Of a stretch of DNA of 59,632 bases, positions 11,516 to 24,822 are shown one piece after another. The notes under the pieces were generated by a model. The model was not told the origin of the DNA, did no database searches, and was given only the letters and a program-made list of their open reading frames with translations. The DNA comes from Basidiobolus meristosporus CBS 931.73. Taxonomy: Eukaryota > Fungi > Basidiobolomycota. The DNA is taken from NCBI GenBank assembly GCA_002104905.1, contig MCFE01000548.1, forward strand, positions 1-59,632. Direction: 5' to 3'. Every line of letters begins with the position of its first letter. Position 1 is the first letter of the stretch. The translations under genes were made by a program, and so were the position numbers.

Positions 11516-14500
11516 TTAAAACGGTAGGTTCCTGCGGTTGTACAATACATGCTCCTTGTAGAAGAGTGGCCCTAAGAATGCGGCGAAGAAAAACGCCAAC
11601 ATGATTACAAATACAATGGAGTAGAAGAATATCCTGACGCGACGCTCTTTTCTTTGCTTTAGCGAATAGATGGGCGACCGGATTTGTCTGCTTGGGCGTA
11701 GCCAGAACAGCATCATCGAGTGAAGCTTATCGATTCCCGGAATGAGGCACAGCAGGAACAACAAGAAGAGGATCACGTGGCCGATGATGAAGTCGGTCGC
11801 GAAGAAGGTCATCTCGATCAGTTTGCAGAAGAACTCACGCAGAGGCTGAGAAAAGGCCATCCACCCGAGTCCTCGACCTGACCATCTGCCACTCCACCAG
11901 GCCAGATTAGTCTCATCTTGGCCGAATTCTCGTGTTAACAGTATAGACATTAAGATTCGGAAGATGGCTCGCTGGACGAAGCAGGTGGCGATCATTGCTA
12001 ATATGGCATTGGGCAAAATCCATTCTTCAATCCACCACACGAATACGAAGTCCGCTGCAAAGATCACTACTGATAGAGCATGTGCGATAGCCGCAATCAG
12101 CGATCCGAAACTAGGGAAGCATCCCCGCAACATAGGTCCAAAGAAGAAAGATACGAAGAAAAGTACGATTAGGACTGCGGCATTGAGGGCCAGAGGTGCT
12201 CCCGCGACCACACCAATTCTTGCAAAAGCGTAGGTGGACTTTTTGGGAGTTACCGACACAAATGAGAATGCTATCACAACAAACACAGCAAGCAAGACGG
12301 GAAGCAGCAACTCCATGATAAAGATGGCCGAGAAGCGAGCTCTTGGAACCCCACCGCCGAGTCTGCGTCTAGAGTCCCCTAGCTTCTTGCGCTTGTAACC
12401 AGTGATCCGAGTTCTGGCCAGGCGACAATGAGCAATCCAAGAATTGTTGTCGGATGATGAGTTGCCTGAAGAGAGCCAGCGAAGGTACTCGCGGTAATCC
12501 AGTATGAAGTCAGCGAATCCAAATTGGTGTGGGTTAAAGAAGAACGGCGCAACGGTCAAGGCCACCACTGTAAACCAGAAATATATGTAGTGAGGCATCC
12601 AAATAGATAGCGACAGGAACAGTAACAACAAAAAGAGCCGCATTCCAAAGTAGATGCTGGAGTTGGCGAACCGAGCATACAGGATCGAGAACGGTATACG
12701 GCTGGTGGCAAAGCCACGCCCTGTACCGATGTATCTAGCCCCGCCGAAGCTCAGGTTGGAGACAATGCTGTTGGCATAGATCTGTGTCACAAACACTTCG
12801 AAGAAAGGTGAGAAGGAGAGGAATTGCTTGCCAAGGCGCGAGATACTGCGCAAGAAACCTTGCTCAGAGAGAACTTGCAAGAACAGTGGTAGGAAGGAGA
12901 CAAGGAACATCATCACGATGGCGATCACTGTTCTCTGAATCCACTGAATAACTGGCGAATAATCGTAACATCCAGGAGGATTCAGGATTCCATTTACGGC
13001 ATTAGCGTAATCGCATGTTGTAAGGAGTTGCGTCAGCGAGGAAACGAATGTCAGTGTGAGAAGGAAGAGCTGGATGGAGAACATAATCATTATGTTGTTG
13101 ATGTGGAATCCAGGATGGGCATAGTAGAAGGTCAAGAATCGATCCAATGGTAGTTGCGTTCCGATATAGTATTGCTCTCGAGATAGCATTTGTTCTCCCA
13201 TACCAGTTCCAATCTTGGTGAAGAAGTTCAATACGCTGCAGAAGCCGAGATCACGTCCTTTGCCGCATTGGAAATACTCGGTATGCTTGATTCTTCCACC
13301 TCGCTCGAACGCGTTCATACCAGCATAGATATCCTCGTTGAGGTGAAGTCCCTTCTGGGCCTTGCTCACTCCTCCTCGGGTGGTCATGAAGATCGAGTTC
13401 AGGAAATCCGGATGTCCGTAATGAAGCTTGCCCCCGACCTTGGCCATGATGCGCCCAGTGACCGTACCCCAGATCTGCTCCTTCCCTGCCGCCACATCTC
13501 CCAGCACTCCGATGTTCTCCGAGAAGATGTACTCGCGCGCCCCGACGATGGCAACTGGTGGCTTTGATGGGCCAGTCTGTGGTGCATATGGGTCAAGGTT
13601 GGTCCCGTCAAACTGCTCAAACTCTCCAAGAACGTTTCGGATCTTCAGGGCTTCCTCGAGATAGTTGTCCTGGTTGGCATCGATGAGCTGAAGGTACTCA
13701 CCTCTGGTGAAGATGATGGAGTGATTCTGGTTGTCGGACTTGCCATCACCAAGGATAGGATTGCCAGGAAGAAGGATCCGGAACTTGGGTTTTCTTCGGC
13801 CATCGGAGCCAAATTCACAGAACCCATCGATAAGGCAACTAAAGAACAAAGACCCCTCACCTTGGATATGAGATGGTGCTTCCTCCAAATATGCGATCTG
13901 AAGATCCGGGTACGAATTCAATAGGAATTCGACATTCTCCATATCTGACTTCGAAAAGTGGGCATATCGCTGCATGGACACCACGAATTTGAATTTGCGA
14001 CGTGCCACCTGCTCAACAACATTGTCCCACCCTTCATTCAAGCCACCGTGTTGTTTAACCGTTTCCGGATTTTCAACTCGGTACAGCAGCTTGATCGCCT
14101 TCGAATAGTTCATGAATCCGGAGATGGTACGATACAGGGTTTGAGACCGGAGCGAGGCCCAGATTCTGGTTCTCAGGGTGAACTCGGGCGAGGCTGACTT
14201 GAACCCGATGCAGTAGAATGGCAGATCGTCAGTTTTGAGGTCTGGGTCGAGTTTCTGATTCTCTTGGAAGAAGTCGTCGCCCTCCTGAGGGAAAAACGAA
14301 TTCTCCTCAGCCAGTATCTTGGTGTCCTTGACGAAATTATCCCACTCGTTAGAATGGAGTTTCTTCAGATATTCCAACAAGGTGACGTGAGTATATTGGT
14401 CGTCTTCTCGAATAATTTCTCGAAGCGAAAGGATGATCTTTTCAGCGTAATGGGGAGTAAAGACCGTGAAGGTGGGCATCCGATCAATGGTCATTGGCTC

Positions 14501-17192
14501 AGGGGTTGGAATAGCCATGCTTTGTGCAAAGAATGAGATACGACGCTCAGCCTCTCCCTTGGGGAAAGATGGGACTTTGCTAGCCTTTACGTTGGGAGAA
14601 AGAATCTGGGGGGCTTTCAAGACTGGTGAACCATCTTCCGTGCTAGGTAACTGGAAACATACCGTTGAAACTGGGCTTAGTACTCATGATTCTAGACACA
14701 CGATTCCAAAGAGTCATACCTGCTGGTAAAGTAGGGCCCGGAGATTCTCGATTGAAAATAGATGGTCTCTATACATCGAGATAATGACAGCATTCCAGAT
14801 CTGCGAACAAAGAATCTGAGGCTTGTACTTGACCTCCATAGACCGTGTCTCGAGGATTTTCGAATAGATTTGCTTGGGAAGGCCCTCAAATATACTCTTC
14901 CAATTCGACCAGAACGACTGTCCCAAATGGAAGGAGTGGACAACGCTAAATATCGTGCTCCAAACTAGAGAACGTCCGAAGGCTGGTTAGTAGGATGTAG
15001 AGTAGAAGGCAAACGACGGGATACTAACCAGTATACCACAGGTAGGTATCCAAAAAGAACAGAGTTATATCCAGCACAACCATCAGGGCTATGGTTATAT
15101 ACACCACCAGGTAGCAGATGAACGAGGAGGATGCAATAACACTACACTGATTCGCTTGCGCCTCATAAGTGGATCTCAAGGAATCCCGGAAGGACAATGC
15201 CAAGAAGAAGTAACTCTCAGCGAACTTGCATAGGAAAATGAAGAACCAAAGTGCGAAAGAAACCATGCGATCCCTGAACGCCATCCTCGGGAAGTTACTG
15301 GTAAAAGTACGGTTGGTGAGATTCTTGGATGTTCCAGTTTTGTTGTCGCTCAACAGTCTAAATAACTTTCCACTGGGGACAATGGCGAAAACGAGGGTGG
15401 TGACGATGGAAACAGCCAAATGAACACACCCTACGATCAGGGCGGTGTTCGAGTCTCGGTCAATCGGTATAATGTACAAAGCCGGAGCAATATTGATCAG
15501 AGCCACTATCAACAAGTACACCAACCGCTTCATTAGGATACTCGAGACAACCCAAGTCAAAGGTAAGAACGAGCACTCGCATAGCGTACTGAACATCATT
15601 ATCAATGAAGCCAGGGCGCCTCCTAGGCCGAGCACTGTGAACCTCACTGGCAATGGAGGGTCAGTCTCGTTTTCTTCGGTATATAAATAAGCGGCATGGG
15701 TGAGCGTATAGTAATAGAATCCAACCACATGTATTATCCATATCCTTGAGAAATTGGCAGTTATATGCAGCCAGGAACGACGTTCCTTGAAAGTTTTCCG
15801 GAAGGCATAGGCCCATTTGACATCTCTCAGTCTGTGGTATCTCTGAGATGGGTGGTAATCCATGAGTCTGGTTTTGTTATCCTTCATCACAATCCGCTCG
15901 ATGCCTGCAGGAGACCAGAATAATTCATTTACATCGTCATAGCCGATCACTTCGTGATGATCCTTTTCTTTTTGAACGTAGCATCCATCGACCGCCTCGT
16001 ACGATTGGTCACGAATGAATGTGTAGAGTGGCCTGATAATGGTATTCAAGTATTCATTCTCGTGAGCAGTATAGCTGCTGCTTTGACACTCGGTGCTTGT
16101 ATAATAGTCCCAAGCAAGCTTGAAAATGAAACAAAGTGCTTCGGATGTGAATCTAATCACGCATGCCTCACCCCATATCATTAGGTATAGCGCGATTTGA
16201 CGAACCCGGTCGTAAGGAGACATCTCGTACATTCTTTTTCTCCAGAGCTCATGCGCCGCTCCTATCGACTTTTGTGCCTCTATGTCCTCGTTAAAAGCTG
16301 CGTCGGGCCCTCTTCTGGTATACATGGGGAATTCCGGCTCATCTTTGTCCAGATGTGCGCAGAAAAACCATTTGCGGTAGTTTGCGTGTTCACCACCTAT
16401 ATAGTCGGCATGTAAAGTAACAAGCGCCTGCTCTGGAGTCATCCTGGAGGCTCTGGAATCCAGCATGGTCATGAATGACTCAAACATATTCTTCACGTTG
16501 TCTTTTTGAAAACCGAAAACCCTCTGTAGTTCCAAGAAGATCTGGTGAATTTCCTCCTTCCGAACAGGGAGGTACCTATCGTTCCCCCATGCAGGCCACT
16601 GGTTTTCCCGAGGAGGCTTTGGCTCCGAGAATGGATTTGCTGGTCTTTCAAGTGCTGTCCGTGATTCGCAGCGTGATGAGGAACGACTGGTGCCATTCTT
16701 ATTTTCAAGTATAGCAACCAGAGAGTCGGTGGATGTGGCGAATTTGGAGTAACGACTATCATCAAGATGCTCTAGAAGCATTGAAGATAACAAATCTTTT
16801 TCCGCAGACGGGGAGTATTTGTAAGGGTTTTCTGGGCGGAAATTCTCGCTACAAGTAGAGTCGCTCTCCGAGTCTACATTATATATATTCTTCCCTTTTC
16901 TACTGTCTATTTTGTCGAGAAATGGGTCGGAATGAGCTGCTGGAGTTGGTTCGACTCCTGTGTTTATGGATTCATAACGGCTGTGTGTTGAAGACTCAGT
17001 GGGGTATCTGGTAGCGTTACTTTCAGGATAGTTATGTGGTGGGCGACTTTGTTGATAGGAAGAGTCTTTGTGAAGGTTGAAAGACCCTTCGGTGGTGTGA
17101 AGCTGTGATAATTCTAAAGGGGTTTCATTGTTATTTGACGGAGTCTCTACCCTCCGGGAAAAGTTGTAAGGGGCTTCACCTGTGTTTGTCAT
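11516..17192 (-). CDS. FKS: 1,3-beta-glucan synthase catalytic subunit (GT48), copy B, two introns, about 1847 aa
   Basis: Exons 17192-15029, 14964-14720, 14650-11516; introns GTTAGT...CTAAC...TAG (64 nt) and GTATGA...CAG (69 nt) restore a frame colinear with copy A. Confidence 0.96.
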
Positions 17193-18542
17193 CACAGGGA
17201 GTGCTTAACGGTAACAATATATAACTGCACACTTCAAAAAAAACGAATACCCAAGGTTGAGTAAATGGTAATACGAATAGTCGGAGAACAAGGTTCTGGC
17301 CAAGCCTTGGAATAATGAGGAATCGGGTGAAGAAAAATCTAGGACTTCGAAATAAGCTTTTAAAGCAACTCAACCCAGCATCGAATTAAGAAATGATCAC
17401 TATTTAATCATTGAGAATCAGTCTTATAGCAATGACCGATTCAGAGATTGTATTGGCAATTCAGATCAGTATATATACATGTATATATTTATATAGATAC
17501 TTGGCGGTTCTCCAATTCAATGAATTGCCTGATTTGGAAGAAATAAACTTAGAAACCCCCACCAATGAAGACAGTCATAGCTTTCTATCCTCAAAACCTA
17601 TGGGTTGTCATCCAGTATCCTTCGCCGCGCACCCCTAACCATCACATCACTACCATACCTCACAGCGTTCCCCAAACATAATTCTTGAAGAAATGAAGAT
17701 ACCCATGGTTGAGCGTAACGTCACTGTATGACATCCGAGTTTATAACATAATTCATCTTGTATCTTCCCCAATGAAACTTTACCCAACCATTGGCTAAAT
17801 GACAGAAGGCCTCAATCGCATCACGGACTATATATAAATGGTTAGTAGAAGTACAACTTCTGACTCACGAATCACCGTGGAGGCTAATTATAGACATGAT
17901 GCAATTATAGATCTAGGTTCCGACTGGCATACGTCAACCTTTACACTAACGACCCCTCCAGAAAGGAGCAATTGTGGCGCATTGTACGTAGTGGAGTTCC
18001 ATGTTGTGTGTGGAGCGTGGCCCACAAGTCTTTCTCCACAGTTGTGATGTCTTCTTGTGGCTCGATTGTAGTCGCGTGTTTCATCAGGCGTTCCTACTCC
18101 TTTTTACAGCGTTGACAACTCGTGTAGCACGGGTTTAATTAAGTGCATAGCGATATTTGCCATATGTGATTGTCAGGCGCCTTATCGTATTGTGAACGAG
18201 CGAGTACGATGGATCGGGTTTTACTCAATGACTGATGTGCGAAGCCACATGTGATATTCATGTTGCGGATGAGAACCATGTCGCATTTCTTCCCATTTGG
18301 TATAGTGTTTAGTTCAGGTCAATGGGTCCTACAGAGTCGCACAACCTTTGTTCTACCGTCACTCACGCATACTTTGAAGCACAGTCTATAGCTTTATTAC
18401 TGATTTACACAGGAATGTGGGTGAATTCCTTATCACAATTAGAATCTAGATACGTAGGACTAAAATGGGGGCATAACATGTATATGGAAGATACTCACTC
18501 CACTCCCGTCATGTTCGAAAAGGTGAGTATAATGCCGATCGC

Positions 18543-21409
18543 TTACTGCGGGACTGGAACGTTGTTGAAATACTTCGGAGCAGCTTGTGGTAACCAGTTT
18601 GCCTGAATCCCGGAAATCCCGCGAAGATAATGCTTGGTAGTGAATACCTAGAGGTGACGCTATCATAAGCAAAGAAGAATACCCGGGAGATTCGTGTGCT
18701 CACGTACCAATTCGTTGTAAACGATCGCTTCGACTTTCTTCCCAAACATCACTGACGCTGGGTGAATGTAAACGGTCTTGCAAAATAAACGTCATTGTTA
18801 GTCGTGCTAGTGAATACCTTCGATAAATTTGAACTTACCATCCCTCCCACAACTGTCTTATACCCGCCGTCAGGCTGCAGCAAGGCGGTGTTCTGGAAGA
18901 ATCCGGCCAAGAAACATTTGAGCACCACGTCGTAATCTTGACCACACGATGTTGTGGGCGAGATGTTTAGTCGTGTGCACAGTTGGGTCAGTTGCTTGCG
19001 GACATCCTAGGGAGATCGTTTCAGTAGACCGAGACAAGTGTTCTCAAGGTGACATCGAGCATACCATGACATGCTTCATAGCTCGAACATTGATGAAGTT
19101 TTCCCTACACCAGTCACGGTCTCCATTCACCGATAAATATGCGGTGAGCACGTTCAGGAGAGTGATGTGGTCACCTATGTAAGAGGGTTAGGTTTCATTC
19201 GGACGGGAAGCTGATCGAAAGTAAGTACCATCTCGGCTAATGAACTTCTTTTTGGCTTCAGCGGCCTCCGCGCGTTTGTCGTGAGGGGAGAAAAACACAC
19301 CGTCCACAGATAGTAGAGATATGATGGCAATGATTTCCTGTGTGCATTTGGCTTTCTGTACAACAGATGAGCCACGTATTTCGCAAGTAAGTAATCGTGG
19401 TAAGTACTGACCTGCGACTCGAAAAGAACTTTGGAATACATGGGGTCTAGAGGGAATTCCGCCATTTTCTTGCCTAATTCGGTCAGTTCACCAGAATCGC
19501 TCAACGCTCCCAATGCATACAGCTGTTCCAACGCACGGATCACTAGATTGAGCGCTTTTAGTTCAACCGAAAAATAAAATTGAGGTCTATTGAATCAATA
19601 CGTGATGTTCGGGATGGGCGGTCCATGTAATCAAATCCAAGGATATCGTGGACCCCAGAGGCTTTGAGCAAAAGCACTGCAGAGGCTAGGTTGCATCTTT
19701 TAATCTCGGGTTCGGTATTCTCGTCCAAGCTGTCGAAGGTAGCTTCGGTATAGAGGCGATAGCAGATACCAGGTGCCTCACGACCGGCACGACCAGTTCT
19801 TTGTCGAGAGGAGGACTTGGAGATTGGGCTAATCAAAAGGGATTCTATGCCTGAGAAGATGCGTAAATACCAACCGCATGGGTGGTGCCCGGGGATTGTG
19901 ACTTTCTTACCGATTTTGGAGTTGTAACCTCTGACTTTGACTAAGCCCGTATCTATCACGTAGCGAATACCGCTGATTGTGATACTGGTCTCAGCAATAT
20001 TTGTAGCCAGGATGACTTTTCGCGTATTTGGTGGGGCCGGGGAAAACACTTTGGCTTGCTGTGCAGGGGGGAGGGCGGCAAAGATGGGACATGGCAATAT
20101 CTAATCAAGGTCAGTCTGGCTTGCATAACAGCGCATATGTAGCCCATTGATATTTAGATGTGCATACCTTCATGCCGTCGTTGGGCAGTTGACTCCCGTG
20201 CTCATTGATAAGCTTCTCCATGCTTTCAATCTCCTCTTGGCCTGTGTATGGAGAGCACTGTTAGAATCGTAGGTTGATGGGATCAGTGCTACCTAATCGT
20301 TACCGGTAAGAAACACTAGAATATCCCCGGGCTGCTGCTCCATGTGGATCTGGAAGATTGTCAGCAGAGCCGAATCCAAGTAATCTGATTGAGGCTCGAC
20401 AGTATTGAAAATCCGAACAGAGTGCTGGCGTCCAGATATATATAGAATCTTGGCGCTAGGTTTCATGGTCAAATGAGTGTTCTTCGTAGCATGCCAATGC
20501 AGAACTTACTTGTTGAAGTACTCGGAGAATCGCTCAGCATCTAGTGTTGCACTCATGATGATGATTTTCAGTGGAGTTACGTTCGAACCATTCTTTTCGT
20601 TTTCTTTGGAGAGTTCCAGTCTTTTCTTTTGGAGCTCTTTCACCATTCCAAACAAAATATCGGTTCTCAAAGTCCGTTCGTGTGCTTCGTCGAGGATTAC
20701 GCACGAATAACGTGACAACATGGTGTCCGACAATAGCTCACGGATAAGCATACCATCGGTCAAGTATTTGATGAGCGTGTTTGGGCTGCTAGTGTCATCG
20801 AAACGAACTGTATACCCAACCTGACAAAGTAAAATGGGTTCATTCCTAGGCGTGCAAAAATCCCCGTTTCTCTGGTTTACCTTGTTCCCGAGTGTGGTGC
20901 CTACTTCTTCGGAGACACGTCTTGCCAAACTTGTCGCGGCCACTCTTCTCGGCTGTGTGACAGCAATGGCTCCGGTTTTCGCAAATCCGGATTCAAGTAG
21001 GTATTGCGGAATTTCTAGGTAAAAGTCAGAAAAGCGGGCATAGCCCTCAAAGGTCGAGAAGAAACTTACGCGTGGTTTTTCCGGAACCTGTTTCACCTAC
21101 CAGGACCACCGTGTCGTTCTCGTTGAATTCCTTTATGAGCTGTTCTCGAGCTGAGCATTGCAACGTATTAGAGGGAAGAAGGGTAATTCACATCGATGGG
21201 CTAGCTATACCAGAGTAAATTGGAAGAGCTTCTCGGTGCGGGCGTAAGGTGTTGGCCTTTTGTCTGAGTTTCTTATATAGAGCCTTCTTCCCAGCATTTC
21301 CGCTCGAGGGATTCTCTTGTTCCTGAGACAAACCGACCGATTCGTCGGGGGTGATTGCATTATCGTTCTCATCGAAATAAATCTTCCGGCCGGATTTGAC
21401 AGGCTGCAT
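18543..21409 (-). CDS. DHX33: DEAH-box RNA helicase, DHX33/Dhr2-like, many introns
   Basis: [45 protein letters not shown]2 segment (MAEFPLDP) and OB-fold exon ([10 protein letters not shown]); short N-terminus without S1 domain fits DHX33/Dhr2. Confidence 0.88.
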
Positions 21410-21766
21410 GATAGACTCTCTTTATCGGGTTCTCAAAGTGGTCCAAATTACTGTGTTTCCGCTTTGACTTGGTCTAGCTATTGCATACAACCGAAGCACT
21501 TCTTTTTTTTTACTTTTCGAGATGCGGTCACAATTTGGATATTTTTTGACCATTAGCTCGATATTTTTTTATCTCCACAGGCATCAGGTAGCCTACTCAA
21601 TCTTCCCCTTCAGAACATGTTTAGTTGATCATTCACCATAAAACTAGAAAAAAAATATCCTACAACCCTCGAAAATTTGGGGCTCGACCTGGGTGATGTA
21701 TAGGATTCAAGTAAATTCATCACAAGACACCGTTCTATCAAGTGTGTAAATAGCACAAGTTCAACA

Positions 21767-24758
21767 ATGGGTCCAGTAGATAGGAATAAGAGCTTAGATT
21801 CCGAGGAAGTTTTGCAAGCAGTCATTCTTGCCGACAGTTTCAATGAGAGATTTATGCCTCTAACCCTAAACAAGCCAAGGGTATACTACTTTCGTTGGTT
21901 TTTACCTCCATTCAGCCGCCTTTGCTAAATGTTCTTCAAATGCTTCAAGTGCTTGCTGCCTCTTTGTAATATACCTCTTATCGAATACACTCTGGAGGCT
22001 CTCGCAGTCGCTGGTGTTCAGGAGATTTTCATATTTTGCTGCGCCCACTCGGATTTAATCAAAAAATACCTCGCGTAAATATGCTCCATTCAGAGTATCC
22101 CCTAGTTTCTTTGCTGAAACAATCGCATGCCCTTTTTTAGAGACTCCAGATGGAAGAAGCCTTCCGCTTACATTAGAGTTGAGGTTGTGGTTGTTCAAGA
22201 GTGTTATTCCATTGGTGATGCTATGCGTGAACTCGATGCGAAATCCATCGTCAAGAACGATTTCATCCTGGTCAACGGAGACGTAGTTTTCAACATCGAT
22301 CTTACCAAGGCATTGGAGAAGCATAGGTAACAGAAACCGTGTTCGGTTACTACCACAATATTTTAATGTATGCATATTTTCACCAGGGAGATTCGCCAAG
22401 CTGACAAAAACGCTATTATGACGATGGTATTTGAGCTTTGGTGAAGTCTTACAGTTTCGCACCAGTACTAATCTCAAGCGTCTCTTAGGTCGTAAGACAG
22501 GCAAGCCCACTTCATCCAGCTAGGTTTGGATCCATTTATGGTAGTTGCTCTCTATACTGGCAGTAGTACTCAAGCCTATTCAACCTATAGAGCGAAGGGT
22601 GAGGACGGAGTATTTGTTCTCGACTCCAAGTCTGAGGAGTGTGTGTACTATGAATCGGTGGAGGCTTATCCCCGAAAGAAGAGATTTGCTTTCGACACTG
22701 AGATCTTCGAGAAGCATCCAGAGATTCAGATTCGCAACGATCTCATAGATTGTCAAATTGACATCTGCTCAGTCGAGGTAACCTGGAGTGCTTCAAATCT
22801 CTCGATCCTTCCTCAAATCTGACCACCTTCACCTCAAAGGTCCCCGCTCTATTCACCGAGAACTTTGATTACCAAAGCATGAGAAGAGACTTTGTCCACG
22901 GGATTTTGACATCAGATATCCTCGGCAAAACCATTTACTGCAACATCATTCAGGATGAATATGCTGCCAGAGTATGCAACAGCCAGCTTTACGAAGTTGT
23001 GAGGTAATTGGTCGAGTCTAGTGAGCATCCCATTACTCCAAAGCAGAGGTACTTATCTTTCTTATACAGCAAAGATATTCTCTCTAGATGGACATACCCC
23101 ATGGTCTTGGAGGCCAACATCCTCGAAGGCCAAAGCTATAAATACAGTAGAGGACACATCTATAAAGAAGATAACGTCGTGCTTGCTAGGTAGGCGCTTT
23201 ATGCTGCTAGTGTTACAGGTGGATGTTCGTTTAACTGGGTCCTGGAACGAAGATCATGCACCCTTGGTGAGAAGGTTGCCATTGGGTCTGGAACAGAGAT
23301 TGCCGAGAATGCCAAGATCTCCAACTGCGTTATTGGACGCAACTGTCGCATCGGTATGTTACTAAGTTCGCGCCTTGTCTGAGCCACTTCTCACATCCGG
23401 TCAAAGGTCCAAACGTGGTCATTGATGGTGCATACCTTTGGGACGGCGTCGTTATCAATGCCAATTGCAAAGTGGTTCGATCCATCTTGGCCAACAACGT
23501 AGTTTTGCACGAAGGCGTTTCGGTCGAGAAGGGCTGTATACTTGCTGAGAAGGTAGAGCTGTTACCGTAGTGATGCGTGTTTAGTAATGTGCCTAACTTG
23601 CGAATCAAGGTTGAAGTTGGCCCTCAGATCACACTCAAGGAACTCACCAAACTTTCTCTGGAGAAAAGAACATCCGAATTCGGCGATAGTGACGAGGAAG
23701 ATGGTGAAGAATCTCAAGGTAAAGCACATAGACTTGACTTTAGTGAACTTGGTGGTGTTGAACAGTGATTTCCATTAGGATACGATTCCAACGTTGTTGG
23801 TACCCTTGGGAGAGGTTACGTCTGGGTTGATCAGCTTGGGGACGACGGAGATGAAGATCCCAGAAATGTGGAAGTTGCTGACCTTGGTATGCATTTGCAC
23901 TCATTTGCACCTGGCCTGGGAATCCAATTTTACTGAACGTTCCATATAACAGCTCGTGACTTGGCCAACATCTATCTGTCAGATGAGGAATCTGCTGCCT
24001 CAGATGCCGAATCCGAGGCTTCTGATGTCTCTTCGCTTGATGAGCCTCAGGATGACGATTTCAATAGAGAAGCTATCCAGACACTCGAGCGTGCTTTCGC
24101 TGATTCTTTGAGTGTCGATATTGCTTCTTTAGAACTGAATACCCTCAGAATGGCCTACGATGCCAGCTTCCACGATGTTAGAAGCGTCCTCATTCCTGCA
24201 GTGCTCAAGCAAGTCGACTTGAACAAATTCCAAGAAAGTCTGAAACAGGTACAGTGCAAAGTTCTCTAAAGGTACTCTCTTGACTGCTGCTAACCTATCG
24301 ACAAATCCACCATCAGCTTCTCGCCCGTTGGAGTCCATTGATCAAGAAGAGTATTCACTCTGAGGACGACCAAATTGATGCTTTGGTTACTCTACAGGTA
24401 GACAACACGGAGTTGTGTGCGTGTAATTCTGAGTGTTTATTCATGTGCTTCTCTTACAGGAATTCTGCGCCGATAGTGAGCCTCATTCTAAGCTCTTTTT
24501 GTTCGCCCTACGCTTCTTCTATCAATTCGACTTGGTGGAGGAAGATTCGGTCATTGAGTGGTACAATCTCGATACCGACGATATGAACGAGCAAGAGAAG
24601 AAATTGAGACAGATGGTAAGTGAAACTGAATTCCTCCTGCGCTGCTGAACATTCGGTTAATTCTCTGGTTGATACTCTACTAGGCTACTCCTTTCATCAC
24701 ATGGTTGGAAGAGGCAGATGAGGATAGTGACGAGGATGATGAGGACGATGATGAATAG
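21767..24758 (+). CDS. GCD6: Translation initiation factor eIF2B epsilon subunit, multi-exon
   Basis: LQAVILADSFNERFMPLTLNKPRCLLPL, NDFILVNGDVVFN, IRNDLIDCQIDICS, left-handed beta-helix exons, W2/HEAT C-terminus ending WLEEADEDSDEDDEDDDE*. Confidence 0.95.
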
Positions 24759-24822
24759 TTTACTACGCTTGTTTAGAATAATAAATAAATGTCTACATGT
24801 AGTGTGCCTACACTTGTTTAGA

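Noticed and set aside
7416-13664. Duplicated 78-aa and 125-aa antisense ORFs
   Set aside because: Shadows of the converted FKS tracts on the opposite strands, not independent genes.
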